From Acinetobacter phage vB_AbaM_AB4P2, in sequence record OR544125.1: DNA of 45,680 nucleotides, one strand, 5' to 3'. Below, in pieces: positions 33,031 to 42,451 of this stretch (the stretch's first letter is position 1; every line of letters starts with the position of its first letter). The notes beneath the pieces were generated by a model. It worked only from the letters and a program-made list of their open reading frames with translations, had not been told where the DNA came from and did no database searches. The translations under genes and the position numbers were made by a program.

Positions 33031-33060
33031 TAAAACCCCGCTTCGGCGGGGTTATTTTTA
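33031..33060. terminator. Bidirectional terminator between the tailspike (+) and SSB (-) genes.
   Basis: aaccccgcttcggcggggttattttta. Confidence 0.7.
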
Positions 33061-33063
33061 TCA

Positions 33064-33549
33064 TCAGAATGGAATGTCGTCTTCGAAGTCCATCGGAGGC
33101 TCATTGGCTCCTTGCGGGCTTTGTTGTTTTGGTTGCTGCTGTTGTCTTTGCGGCTGCTGTCCTGATTGCTGGAGTTGTTGTTGCTGACCAGAATCATCAC
33201 GCTTGCCACCAAGCATCTGCATGACGCCACCAATCTGTGGGATAACAATCTCAGTAGTGTATCGGTCCACGCCGTTGCTGTCAGACCATTTACGAGTGCG
33301 AAGCTTACCTTCGATATAAACCTGCGAGCCTTTGCGAAGGTATTCTCCTGCAACTTCCGCAAATTTCCCGAAGATGACTACGCGATGCCACTCGGTCTGT
33401 TCTTTCTTTTCTCCTGTTTGTTTGTCTTTCCACTGCTCAGATGTTGCAACAGAAAGGTTGGCAATTGAAGAACCTGATGCTGAATATTTAACTTCAGGGT
33501 CGTTGCCGAGGGTGCCGACAATAATTACTTTATTTACGCCGCGTGCCAT
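33064..33549 (-). CDS. ssb: Single-stranded DNA-binding protein.
   Basis: OB-fold N-terminus ([18 protein letters not shown]...[35 protein letters not shown]), a Gln/Pro-rich linker, and the C-terminal acidic tail MDFEDDIPF. Confidence 0.9.
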   Translation of the reverse strand: MARGVNKVIIVGTLGNDPEVKYSASGSSIANLSVATSEQWKDKQTGEKKEQTEWHRVVIFGKFAEVAGEYLRKGSQVYIEGKLRTRKWSDSNGVDRYTTEIVIPQIGGVMQMLGGKRDDSGQQQQLQQSGQQPQRQQQQPKQQSPQGANEPPMDFEDDIPF

Positions 33550-33552
33550 TTG

Positions 33553-34602
33553 TTAAAATCCTTCAATTGGAGTTGGTTTATGTTCGGTTTTTGTTTCTTC
33601 CTGCGGTTCTGGCTGTTGTGGTTGCGGTTTAGCCAGTTTTGCAGGGTTGAAATTATCCTGAGGAGTGATTACCACAGGGGATAATTGCTCATCATTGATG
33701 AAAGACTCAATGCGATCATATTCAGCAGCAGAAGCAGCCAGAGAAGGCCAGATTGCGCGAATCTTATCTTTCAGGTTATCAGGTATTGATTTTGCTTCTT
33801 CCTTCAGGCCTTCCATGCCTTTTGCAGCTGAAAGCTGAAGTCGTGAGCGCCATGACTCAAACTCTTCGTCAACTTTAACTCCAGAGTCCACCCATTTGAT
33901 GAGTCCGCGACCATGTGCCTCGCCAATGTATCCATGACGAACGCTTTCACGACCAGACTCAAAGAAGATTGGGCGTAGTTCTTCTGGTAATTTGGTGAAC
34001 TCCTGAATTTTCCCACCATCGTGCATCATCATGCTAACGGTCATCTCGAACATGAAATCTTTCTCGCACACTGGCTGCAACCCAAGTGATACAGGCTCCT
34101 TCGGATTTGCGAAGTCGGTTTTCTGTCGAGCGCGAAGGCAGACAATAATATGCATATTGCTTTGCAGCATGGCGTTCATGAACTTCTTGTGTTCAGCTTT
34201 GGCGCGCTTCCAGTCAGCCATCTTTTTCCCGTTAAGTAGTGGCTTTTCAGCAATCTCAGTGCAACTTCCCTCCCCTTCCCATTCGTGCGAACCTGAATCA
34301 ATGACAAGAACCTTAACGCCGGCAGCCTGAAACTCTTCAATGGCCTGACGGTAACGAGCAGGGCTGAATGGAGCATACATATCAGCGTGCAGGAATTTGC
34401 CATCAAGGATGTTTGAGTACAGGCGACCGCGACCATTTTCAGTATCAAGGAATCCGATTTCTTCTGGTGAGTCAACCATCCCGCGAGCCAGCTTAAGTGC
34501 GCTGTATGTTTTTCCGCTACCAGACTGGCCTGAAATACCGATGACTACACGAGAACCGGAACGCTCTGCTGGTTTGATATTAAGAATACCCATTTGCATC
34601 AC
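33553..34602 (-). CDS. Sak4-like recombination ATPase (AAA_24 / RecA-like core).
   Basis: VVIGISGQSGSGKTYSALKLARGM...IGFLDTENG is a Walker A in an AAA_24-like context. It lies between the SSB and the exonuclease. Confidence 0.6.
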   Translation of the reverse strand: MMQMGILNIKPAERSGSRVVIGISGQSGSGKTYSALKLARGMVDSPEEIGFLDTENGRGRLYSNILDGKFLHADMYAPFSPARYRQAIEEFQAAGVKVLVIDSGSHEWEGEGSCTEIAEKPLLNGKKMADWKRAKAEHKKFMNAMLQSNMHIIVCLRARQKTDFANPKEPVSLGLQPVCEKDFMFEMTVSMMMHDGGKIQEFTKLPEELRPIFFESGRESVRHGYIGEAHGRGLIKWVDSGVKVDEEFESWRSRLQLSAAKGMEGLKEEAKSIPDNLKDKIRAIWPSLAASAAEYDRIESFINDEQLSPVVITPQDNFNPAKLAKPQPQQPEPQEETKTEHKPTPIEGF

Positions 34603-34610
34603 CTCACTAA

Positions 34611-35549
34611 TTATAAATTAAACTGTTTTTTGAACCATTCTGGAGTGTCCATTTCGATGACAGGATTGCCCATTGAATAACCCGGCCATGAATTGGCTTT
34701 TTTGCACGCCTTGTAAATTTCCATTGCACCATGCAACTGAATGCGACCGATTCGTAATTGCTCTTCAGTCAAACGAATTAACGCAGGAATAAACGGAGCT
34801 TTCTTTTCCTGAACTAAAAGGTTTACCGAACGCGGCGCATGACCGTATGCCGCAACAAACATATCGTGTTGCATAGCCATTTTCATAAAGTAGCCAAGTC
34901 GCGCAGCATGACGGAAAAACTCATCAGGCTTGGCGCTAACTGCTGTCTTGTAGTCAATGATGTCGCCACCTTTGGTAAGGCAGTCAAAGCGAACTTTTGC
35001 CGGCTCTCCGTTAAGCTCACCCAATATTGACACTTCAGCATAAGCGCCAGCAAGAAGACTGCTGTAATAGCTGTTTGCGTGGATTACAGCACGCATTTGC
35101 TGAATTGCGTCATAATCACTGCCTTCCAGCATTTGCTTTCCCGCCGCAGCTTTTTCAGCTTCTTCACGGATAACATCGTAAATCTTCACTGGTTCGCCAG
35201 TCGCCTGAATGATTTTTATCACCTCAGATTTCGACTTCCATGAAAGCCCTTTAATGCCGCGCTCTTTCGCCCATGAGTTCATGTCACTAACTGTAACAAG
35301 CAGATCATCACCAAAATCCTCTTTGGTTGGCATGCGAGCATATTCCGCTTCGAAACGTTCAGGCTCAAGCAATGCAGTATGACTTCCGGTTCCGAAGACA
35401 AGAGCTTTTGATTGCTCTTCTTCTTCGTCTTTGTAGCGCCATGCGGCGGGACATCTATCATATATGTTCCACAGTCCAGAGCCATTGATGTGCTCGGTGT
35501 CGGCGTGGTATTGCTCATTAGTTAATTCATTATTGAAATAGACTTTCAT
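34611..35549 (-). CDS. PD-(D/E)XK exonuclease (RecE/YqaJ-like recombination exonuclease).
   Basis: RFDCLTKGGDIIDYKT fits D...(D/E)xK. It is adjacent to the Sak4-like ATPase and the SSB. Confidence 0.5.
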   Translation of the reverse strand: MKVYFNNELTNEQYHADTEHINGSGLWNIYDRCPAAWRYKDEEEEQSKALVFGTGSHTALLEPERFEAEYARMPTKEDFGDDLLVTVSDMNSWAKERGIKGLSWKSKSEVIKIIQATGEPVKIYDVIREEAEKAAAGKQMLEGSDYDAIQQMRAVIHANSYYSSLLAGAYAEVSILGELNGEPAKVRFDCLTKGGDIIDYKTAVSAKPDEFFRHAARLGYFMKMAMQHDMFVAAYGHAPRSVNLLVQEKKAPFIPALIRLTEEQLRIGRIQLHGAMEIYKACKKANSWPGYSMGNPVIEMDTPEWFKKQFNL

Positions 35550-35747
35550 TTAATCACCACTGTATTCACGTAACGCTTCGACAATTTTCATTGCATCATC
35601 AAGCAATGAATAACCATCGCTGACAACATAACCGCCATCATCAAGTTCGTTTAACTTAACAAGAAGATTGCGTAGCATTTCGCATTGCCAATCCGCATCA
35701 AAACCATCAGGAATCTCAATATCCATCTTCATCACCTCACTTGTCAT
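35550..35747 (-). CDS. Small highly acidic protein (60-65 aa). Candidate DNA mimic.
   Basis: MKMDIEIPDGFDADWQCEMLRNLLVKLNELDDGGYVVSDGYSLLDDAMKIVEALREYSGD has very low predicted pI. The likely true start is the internal ATG (MKMD) after RBS gtgaggtg. Confidence 0.4.
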   Translation of the reverse strand: MTSEVMKMDIEIPDGFDADWQCEMLRNLLVKLNELDDGGYVVSDGYSLLDDAMKIVEALREYSGD

Positions 35748-35757
35748 TGTGTAATTG

Positions 35758-35778
35758 AATCTACATCAATCTACATCG
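35758..35778 (-). promoter_or_regulatory. Two overlapping tandem minus-oriented motif copies, forming an internal promoter inside the replication operon.
   Basis: aatctacatcaatctacatcg. Its reverse complement is cgatgtagattgatgtagatt. Confidence 0.45.
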
Positions 35779-36200
35779 GAAAGCAAGCCAAAATAGAAAA
35801 GGGTGGCTTTTTTTAATTCATCAAGCCCATAAGCGATGGCGGCATAATGACCAAGCCTGCACATCTCAGTTAACACAGCCGATTGCTCCTTGCTCACTCT
35901 GCTTTTGCTTTTATCGCGACGCTTTGCCTCAATCATTCCGCAACTGTGCTTCACTCCAGGCGTCATTATCACATTGTCGCCTATTCCAGTCTTAACCCCC
36001 ATCTTCTGGCGCTTCAGCACAAACTGCACCCTGCTTGATGTGCCAGTTTCGTTTGGTACATGAAACCACAGAACATCAGGGAAGCGGTGTTGCATCCATG
36101 TGCCGTAACCCATCTGGTCAGTCTCCTCTTTCGGACACCCCCCACGATAACCGCTATCAAATACCCATATACCGCTATCAAGCTGCTTCACCTTGCTCAC
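35766..36200 (-). CDS. VRR-NUC domain nuclease.
   Basis: PDVLWFHVPNE and GMIEAKRRDKSKSRVSKEQ fit PD-(D/E)XK-type VRR-NUC spacing. It lies just downstream of the helicase. Confidence 0.45.
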   Translation of the reverse strand: MSKVKQLDSGIWVFDSGYRGGCPKEETDQMGYGTWMQHRFPDVLWFHVPNETGTSSRVQFVLKRQKMGVKTGIGDNVIMTPGVKHSCGMIEAKRRDKSKSRVSKEQSAVLTEMCRLGHYAAIAYGLDELKKATLFYFGLLSDVD

Positions 36201-38112
36201 CTGTAAAATCTTTTCTGTGGATTATGTCGCGACCTTTATCATTAATGCGATGCGTGATGCGTTTTGGCGATTTAATCAATCCCGCATACATCATGAACTG
36301 CTTGGCGTTCTGGCATTTCAGGATTTTCCCGGCCATTGACTTATCCTCAAGGTGAGGAAAGATAGCCTTTGCCTTAAACATATTTTTCATGTGAGTAGCG
36401 CCGCCGTATGGATAGAAAACCTCATTAGCCCATCCTTCTTTGCCATCACAACGATTAATCCAGTAGCGATACAAAATACCTTCTCCGTCCTTCGTTAACT
36501 GAACCTTGAAATCCATAACATCAGCCCACTCATTATCGGTATACGCACGCTCATTCAGTGCCGCATTAGGGTCGCGCAAAACGTGATCGCAATGTCGGCA
36601 ATAGCGCGCTGTCGGGTCGTTTTTAGTGCCGCAACCATCATCAAAAATACGGATACCATGCTTATCGAAGCCACAACGGATGTAACTAAAAAACTCTTCG
36701 CACCGACCATCTGGCGACAATGCATCTTTGCCGATGCAGCGGCGCGCATATGGGCTGTTCATTGTTCCGCATTTCGGACACGGAACCTGTTCACCACTGC
36801 GTTTTGAACGTTGCGCTTCAGCCTCTTCCAGTATTGGGTCTTCATACAGCTGACCAAGCTCAAACATCGTGCCTGAGAAATCCAGAACCAGATGGTCTTC
36901 TTTATGATACCCGGCATCAATTTGCTCTTTCTTCAGCAGACGCATCCCGCGACCAAGCAACTGCACAAGAAGAGTGAGTGACATTATTTTTCGTAATATG
37001 ACGCTTGTATCCCAAAGTGGGATATTGACGCCAGTCGTCAAGCAACCAATCTGGAAAACATATTTAATCTTGCCAGTATATGCGTCTTTTAACGCCTTGC
37101 GTCTGGCTTTCTGTCCCATATCCTCGGTGACGATAGCATAACTTCCTTCGGGTAAATATTTAGCCGCTTCCTGACAGTGTTTTTTACCAGCGCATGTGAT
37201 CAGCACTCCGTTCCTGTTTTTAGTCAACTCCATAACCTTGAGCATGATTTTCTGCGTGAGTGTTCCTTGCTCAAGTATTTCTTTCTGCATCTGCTTGAGC
37301 TGCTCGGAAGTAAAGTCTTGTGTACCGTCAACATCTGAACCATGGAAGTTATGCAGGTCATATTTCAAATCATCAACATCATGAAGACCAAAGATTGTTG
37401 GCACAACAAAACCGCGATCTACCATGTACTTTGTATCAATGTTTATTATTTCATTTTTCCAGTACGCACCTTTCATTGATTCAGTACCACGGAATGGGCT
37501 GCCGGTGAATCCAATTGTTATCATTTCATGCCCATATCTTGCCTTGCAGCGCCTATTAAGTTCAGTAAGTATTGCGCCATATTGTGTTGTTGGATTATCA
37601 CTAATAATATCCTGCCATGGAGCTTGATGGGACTCATCGATCAGGCAAAATCTTGGGGTAAAATCACTCAATCCACCTTTCTTAACGTCACAGTTTGATT
37701 CATCTTTTTTATCAAAAAGTGCGTTCGCGATTGTTCCTTCAGTACCGCATATAATAGGGTATGCTGTACTTTTCCTGCCAAGAGATGCGCTATAAAGAGA
37801 ATTTTTTACACCGCACTCCCACATCATCTCAGCATTCTGCTCAGCTATCTCCCCCTGTCTTGAAATTACAAGCCCATCCCATCCCATATCCTGAAATCTA
37901 CTGCAAAGCATTGAAATCATCACTGTCTTTCCTGATGAAACCGACGCTGTAACATAGCTTGGCTCAGGTTTCTTTCCAAAATTACGAATAACCTCAGCGC
38001 ACTTTGCGTAAACAAGCCATTGGTAATCATATGGCTCTATGGAACCTAGTTTTATTGATTTCTTTAAGTTACCTATATCAATTTCTGAAATCATCTTGTC
38101 TATTTTGTGCAT
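36178..38112 (-). CDS. Superfamily-2 DNA helicase (DESH box) with a C-terminal Cys4 zinc-ribbon.
   Basis: Walker A ASVSSGKTVMISMLC. Motif II is CLIDESHQ. There are helicase-C motifs. The C-terminal PCPKCGTMNSPYARRC...CRHCDH are zinc-ribbon pairs. Confidence 0.8.
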   Translation of the reverse strand: MHKIDKMISEIDIGNLKKSIKLGSIEPYDYQWLVYAKCAEVIRNFGKKPEPSYVTASVSSGKTVMISMLCSRFQDMGWDGLVISRQGEIAEQNAEMMWECGVKNSLYSASLGRKSTAYPIICGTEGTIANALFDKKDESNCDVKKGGLSDFTPRFCLIDESHQAPWQDIISDNPTTQYGAILTELNRRCKARYGHEMITIGFTGSPFRGTESMKGAYWKNEIINIDTKYMVDRGFVVPTIFGLHDVDDLKYDLHNFHGSDVDGTQDFTSEQLKQMQKEILEQGTLTQKIMLKVMELTKNRNGVLITCAGKKHCQEAAKYLPEGSYAIVTEDMGQKARRKALKDAYTGKIKYVFQIGCLTTGVNIPLWDTSVILRKIMSLTLLVQLLGRGMRLLKKEQIDAGYHKEDHLVLDFSGTMFELGQLYEDPILEEAEAQRSKRSGEQVPCPKCGTMNSPYARRCIGKDALSPDGRCEEFFSYIRCGFDKHGIRIFDDGCGTKNDPTARYCRHCDHVLRDPNAALNERAYTDNEWADVMDFKVQLTKDGEGILYRYWINRCDGKEGWANEVFYPYGGATHMKNMFKAKAIFPHLEDKSMAGKILKCQNAKQFMMYAGLIKSPKRITHRINDKGRDIIHRKDFTGEQGEAA

Positions 38113-38120
38113 TTCATCAC

Positions 38121-38894
38121 CTATGGCATGTCAGGCCAATAAGAGTTGCTTTTAGATCTGTTTTCACTTGGTGCAAGTAATTGCAAGTTATGCCAGCAGT
38201 GAAGGCCGCAAACCAATTTACTATTTATTGGCACTATGTGATCAACTTGCATGCCAAGAACGCCAGCCATCTCATAAACCTTTTCAATTAAAACCCTTTC
38301 ATGTTCAAACCATGATGGTATCGCCCGTCTTTTAAGATACTTATATTTACGCTGATGATATCTAACAACACCCTTGTTTTTCTGTCTCCACTGTTTTGAC
38401 TTCTCGTTGTGCTTTTCCTTGTTTTCATTGTAATACTTCTTTGATTTTGCGTTTATCTTGTTCTTATTTGCTGCGTAATTACCTTTCTTGAACTCTGATT
38501 GGCACTTCTTACATTCAGGCCTAAGACCATCAAGTGATGATTTGTTTTTATTGAAGTTTTCTTCATTTGCATCAAGAACTGAGTTGCATTTAGAGCATAC
38601 TTTCCTTCCATCAACAAGATATCTAAGCCTTTTACCTTTGTTTCCATCGCATGATTTACAATGAGATTTTAAACCAAGCCTCATCTTCTTATCTGAGTAG
38701 AAGTAATCACTTGTTGCAGGAAGCATTAAATTGCATCTTGAGCATTTCTTTTTTGTCCCTGTGCTTGCGCAACCTGCACTTTCCTGAGCAACATTTTGCT
38801 TTTGCAGTTCCGATAAACTCATTTCCGCAAACCTCGCACTTCTTAACGGTGATAGCCATTTCTTATCCTCTATTGTAACGATTAACTGTTTCAT
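38121..38894 (-). CDS. HNH endonuclease with N-terminal tandem CxxC zinc-ribbon repeats.
   Basis: The C-terminal VDHIVPINSKLVCGLHCWHNLQLLAPSENRSK is an HNH motif. N-terminal CSRCN, CKSCD, CSKCN and CKKCQ form Zn-ribbons. Confidence 0.8.
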   Translation of the reverse strand: MKQLIVTIEDKKWLSPLRSARFAEMSLSELQKQNVAQESAGCASTGTKKKCSRCNLMLPATSDYFYSDKKMRLGLKSHCKSCDGNKGKRLRYLVDGRKVCSKCNSVLDANEENFNKNKSSLDGLRPECKKCQSEFKKGNYAANKNKINAKSKKYYNENKEKHNEKSKQWRQKNKGVVRYHQRKYKYLKRRAIPSWFEHERVLIEKVYEMAGVLGMQVDHIVPINSKLVCGLHCWHNLQLLAPSENRSKSNSYWPDMP

Positions 38895-38936
38895 TGCAAG
38901 TAACGATTGATTGTTTCATGTGAGTAAATTACAATG

Positions 38937-38960
38937 ATTCTACATCATCGTCAACAGGAA
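38937..38960 (-). promoter_or_regulatory. Minus-oriented motif copy for the HNH/helicase operon, overlapping the plus-strand string cgtcaacaggaag upstream of the primase gene.
   Basis: attctacatcatcgtcaacaggaag. Its reverse complement is ...ttgacgatgatgtagaat. Confidence 0.45.
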
Positions 38961-38966
38961 GATTTT

Positions 38967-39920
38967 ATGAGATACGACTGGAAAGACATTGAGCCAAAAA
39001 TGCTCGGAAATTGGCAAGCTGCCATCATGTCTATCGTCAATGTGGATAGCAAAGTTTTCAATGGTAAGCACCAGCCATGCCCGTCATGCCTTGGCAAAGA
39101 CAGGTATCGTTTTGATGATAACTTCGAAACAAAAGGAGATGGCGGTGCAATATGCAATCAGTGTGGTTCCGGCAGCGGCATGAACTGGCTGATGAAACTT
39201 TCAGGCATGAGCTTTCCAGAAGCACTGGAGGCGCTGGGAGGATTCCTGAATATGTACCCGCGTGAAAAGCTGGAGGCAATCAGGAAGGAGTTACCGAAGA
39301 TAAATTACAACGATGACTTCATCACCGAACAGGAAGTCGCCGCAATCATTGCTAAAACGACGCGTGTCGCGATGAATGATTGGACGTTGATAAATGGTAT
39401 TGGTTGCGACATTAACGTCGTCAGAGGCAAATCTGGAGAGCTTATTGCGGTTGAGATGATGCGCGCTGACACAATGAAGCCGTGCAATGTGGCATTAATT
39501 GGCATGAATGGTGATTCATTCAGAACGTTTTTCCGCGCAGGATACAACAAAGACTCAGCCATCAACGGAAAGCTCACGCGCGGCGCGATAAGCCCAATCG
39601 GAGAAGACAACGGAAAGTTCATTTACCTGGTATCTGATTATGCCGACGCGTGGAAGTGCCATTACTTCACTGGCGCTCATGTCTGGTGTTGCTGGTCGCT
39701 GGGAAACATGTGGGAGGTTGTGCGTTCTGTTGGTGATGAGACGAAAGCACGGTTGCGCTGCATAGTTAATTATAAATTTGACGAACTTTGCGCTGCGGAG
39801 AATGCAGGACTTCCGGTGATGCTGCCTGATGATGCTGACACAATCAGGATGGCAAAGAGAATCAGGAGAAAAATTTATGACGCTGGCGAGTTGATAGAGA
39901 AAATGTCAGTAAGCAGATAA
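38967..39920 (+). CDS. DNA primase: zinc-binding Prim_Zn_ribbon N-terminus plus a Toprim-like core.
   Basis: HQPCPSCLGKDRYRFDD...GGAICNQCGSGSG fits the primase-helicase zinc-binding domain (CPxCGGkDRFr). GKFIYLVSDYADAW is Toprim-like DxD. RBS aggaag precedes the ATG at 38967. Confidence 0.55.
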   Translation: MRYDWKDIEPKMLGNWQAAIMSIVNVDSKVFNGKHQPCPSCLGKDRYRFDDNFETKGDGGAICNQCGSGSGMNWLMKLSGMSFPEALEALGGFLNMYPREKLEAIRKELPKINYNDDFITEQEVAAIIAKTTRVAMNDWTLINGIGCDINVVRGKSGELIAVEMMRADTMKPCNVALIGMNGDSFRTFFRAGYNKDSAINGKLTRGAISPIGEDNGKFIYLVSDYADAWKCHYFTGAHVWCCWSLGNMWEVVRSVGDETKARLRCIVNYKFDELCAAENAGLPVMLPDDADTIRMAKRIRRKIYDAGELIEKMSVSR

Positions 39921-39921
39921 A

Positions 39922-39952
39922 AGAAACCCTCCAATCGGAGGGTTTTTGTTAT
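39922..39952 (+). terminator. Rho-independent terminator after the primase gene.
   Basis: aaaccctccaatcggagggtttttgtt. Confidence 0.7.
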
Positions 39953-40021
39953 TCCTTGAACTCTGGCGCTTCAGGCCAGAAGTGCTCAGGTAAGATTTTT
40001 AGTTCGTGTGTTTTGCTCATT

Positions 40022-40219
40022 TCAAACATCATCATAACACCAATATGCAACGCGAATTATTTCAACCAAATCATTTGATGATAAAAATTTATTACCATCA
40101 TAAATTGCGTGAATTCTTTCACCATCAACAGTTAATGCCAAAACATTTCTTCCTATTTGCGGCCTCCACAGATAGCAATCAAACCATTCAACATCACACC
40201 AATCATCTTCTGGAATCAT
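40022..40219 (-). CDS. Hypothetical Trp-rich small protein (65 aa).
   Basis: ORF co-oriented with the replication operon, overlapping the upstream stop. Confidence 0.35.
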   Translation of the reverse strand: MIPEDDWCDVEWFDCYLWRPQIGRNVLALTVDGERIHAIYDGNKFLSSNDLVEIIRVAYWCYDDV

Positions 40220-41772
40220 TTCAACCTCGGATTTATATGAACAGTGTTTCCGATAAATACGCAGTAACCATCCTCTTCCAGAGATGGCAATACGCTTGAC
40301 CTGAGTCGGTCATAAATCTTAGGTATTCCTTTGAATGGCCTGACATTTTTAAGTGAATCATAAAGCCACTTCACCGTTACGTTTGTTTTCCCTTTCTGAG
40401 CGGCAGAGCGTAGCTTTTCTGCAACAACATCAAATTCAGAACGCTCACCAGCATATCCATTTGATTCAACAGCATCAGTGAACGTTTTTGTCAGTGCATC
40501 ATAAACACTGATGGCGCGACTAATTTCATTTTCACCGATAATCTTTGAACGCTTCCCTCCATCGCACCAATTTTCAGCAGCGTGAAATATTGCTGCCAGA
40601 CGGATTATTTGCTTATCAGCTTTACCCATCGCACCACGAAGAAGGACGTGATCCCACTTACCGCCTGGAAGGAAGTTTTTCTCCCACTGATTTCGTAACA
40701 GGCCAATCATTCTTGCTGAATCGTTGTGAAGCGTAAGTCTTGTTTTTTCTGCTGACACAACATTATGTATAAATCTTGCATATTCCGACCTCAAGCTGTC
40801 TGGCATTGGCTTGCTTACAGGGCAGTCATTAACCATGTCCCAGTGTTCGCGATAGCCAAGCATTGATTGCTCTCGCAACATCAGGAAACGTTCAGAAAGA
40901 CCGTTACCCCTGTCGCCAGCGGCAAGAATGGCATCAATACTTTCATCCTGCGCAATCACACTTATGTTTCCAAGCACGTAACCAGATGAAACGCCACGAC
41001 CAACACGAGCAGAGCCAATGAATCCGCCATCCCATCCCTTCAGGATGACTTCAGCGTTTGCCTTTCCACCTTCCTTTCCGTAAGAGAGGCCAAGACATGT
41101 GTTAAGAACGCTGGCCTCGTCACTTATCAGATTAAAGAAACCACCTTCATGGATTGCCTGATGCTGGACAGCCTCTGGAGTTGCGTCAGTAAGTGGATAT
41201 GTAATCGTATAAAGTTCTTCCAGCTTCTCCTTTTCCCGAGCAATATCGTCTCCGATTAGTGCCTTTGCATTTTGGTTGCTTGCCTCTTTGTATGCCTTCA
41301 TCAGTTCTTCAATGCGAAGATTTATTTTTATGATCTGCTTTTCCATCTTTTTGGAAAGGTTGTCATATTCAATCTTCACCGGATTCATGTGCATTGAGTT
41401 GATAGCGGTTTTCCCTGCTGATGGAGGCTGAGAAGTAACCACGTAAAGAGAAACTGGAAGTTCTGAATGGTAATACTCAACGCTAAAGTTTCTCGTCATT
41501 GCGCTGGCAACGCACCCAAGTAAATGCATGAACGATGTATTTATTGGGAACTGAACGGCGCGAGCAGCTGCGATTGCATAACGAGACAGTAAATCAGTCC
41601 TGTGCTCACTGGTCAGTTCTGTTTCGGAGTACGTTACATCGCGCTCCTTACCTTCCTTGATGTCAAGCCACATATTTGAGCTTGGTGTCATGCCATGATG
41701 GAATGCGACGCGAGCCGGAGATACTTTTAATTCCCTTGCTTCATTGAAGATGTCTTGCGCTGTGATCATCAT
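40216..41772 (-). CDS. P-loop replication protein (DUF3987/VirE-like). Putative origin-associated helicase or primase partner.
   Basis: Walker A QPPSAGKTAI at about residue 115. Size and position next to the primase and origin are typical of phage replication initiators. The family assignment is tentative. Confidence 0.4.
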   Translation of the reverse strand: MMITAQDIFNEARELKVSPARVAFHHGMTPSSNMWLDIKEGKERDVTYSETELTSEHRTDLLSRYAIAAARAVQFPINTSFMHLLGCVASAMTRNFSVEYYHSELPVSLYVVTSQPPSAGKTAINSMHMNPVKIEYDNLSKKMEKQIIKINLRIEELMKAYKEASNQNAKALIGDDIAREKEKLEELYTITYPLTDATPEAVQHQAIHEGGFFNLISDEASVLNTCLGLSYGKEGGKANAEVILKGWDGGFIGSARVGRGVSSGYVLGNISVIAQDESIDAILAAGDRGNGLSERFLMLREQSMLGYREHWDMVNDCPVSKPMPDSLRSEYARFIHNVVSAEKTRLTLHNDSARMIGLLRNQWEKNFLPGGKWDHVLLRGAMGKADKQIIRLAAIFHAAENWCDGGKRSKIIGENEISRAISVYDALTKTFTDAVESNGYAGERSEFDVVAEKLRSAAQKGKTNVTVKWLYDSLKNVRPFKGIPKIYDRLRSSVLPSLEEDGYCVFIGNTVHINPRLK

Positions 41773-42008
41773 GAAATCCTTTTTACGTAAACCATATCTT
41801 TGTCAGGGTATCCAACCTTTGTTGAGAATTTCATGCCTTCATTCCTTCGCATGAAATAGTTTAATGCGTTCCTCAGGCTTGTAATGCCTCCAAACCTCTT
41901 CGAGTCAATCATCACAGTCTCCCCTACTGAAACCACAGATAACCCAGAAAGAGCTGCATTCTTTTTGCCGTACTTATCAAGTTTCACAAAATCCTCCACC
42001 AGCAACAA
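41769..42008 (-). CDS. Hypothetical protein (79 aa), first gene of the minus-strand replication operon.
   Basis: ORF immediately downstream (minus sense) of the iteron region. Confidence 0.35.
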   Translation of the reverse strand: MLLVEDFVKLDKYGKKNAALSGLSVVSVGETVMIDSKRFGGITSLRNALNYFMRRNEGMKFSTKVGYPDKDMVYVKRIS

Positions 42009-42063
42009 ATTATGATTGAATCATACCATAAGTATTGAATCATGCAACATCAAATACGACTCG

Positions 42064-42370
42064 CGTGGGTAACGTGGGGTAAGCGTGGGGAACATCACCT
42101 TCCCCACGAGGTTTCACTCTAAGTATATGTAATATAATATAATTATTATTATTTGGGTTAATGGGTAATATTATTATTCATATTATAGATAGTAATTAAC
42201 ATAATATTAACAAATGGATTATTTAAATATATTTATAAGGGGATGGGTTCGAAATCTGCCCCTTTTTACCCACGAAAAATAAAAACATTCAAATCAATAA
42301 TTTACGATGAAAAACGTGGGGCAACATACCTGCCCCACGACCTGCCCCACGGGCAAAAATTTACCCCACG
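42064..42370. other. Putative origin of replication: seven copies of the 7-mer CGTGGGG/CCCCACG, plus two one-base-off variants (CGTGGGT and CCCACG), in both orientations flank a 120-bp AT-rich block (over 85 percent AT).
   Basis: cgtgggt 42064, cgtgggg 42073 and 42084, ccccacg 42102. The AT-rich block is 42121-42240. cccacg 42269, cgtgggg 42315, ccccacg 42333, 42345 and 42364. This includes a tandem 12-mer acctgccccacg x2 at 42328-42351 and a hairpin with a T-run at 42241-42268. Confidence 0.55.
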
Positions 42371-42390
42371 GCACGTTTTTAACGCTTTCC

Positions 42391-42424
42391 TGTTGACGTA
42401 GAATCATCGTTGATGTAGATTGAA
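42391..42424 (+). promoter_or_regulatory. Early promoter with sigma70-like geometry, built from two motif copies.
   Basis: ttcctgTTGACGtagaatcatcgttgatgTAGATTgaact. TTGACG, then 17 bp, then TAGATT. The ATG at 42452 is 27 bp downstream, with RBS gagggtgaag. Confidence 0.55.
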
Positions 42425-42451
42425 CTCATCGAAACAAACGAGGGTGAAGAG

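Noticed and set aside
42241-42268. Possible tRNA T-arm (ggGTTCGAAATCtgccc) in the AT-rich origin block.
   Set aside because: No acceptor, D or anticodon arms can be built around it. It folds as a simple aGGGG...CCCCT hairpin followed by TTTTT, i.e. terminator-like.
42064-42370. Short-repeat cluster considered as a CRISPR array.
   Set aside because: The repeats are 7-mers with irregular 9-19-bp spacing, occur in both orientations, and flank an AT-rich block. This is iteron architecture, not CRISPR repeat-spacer structure.
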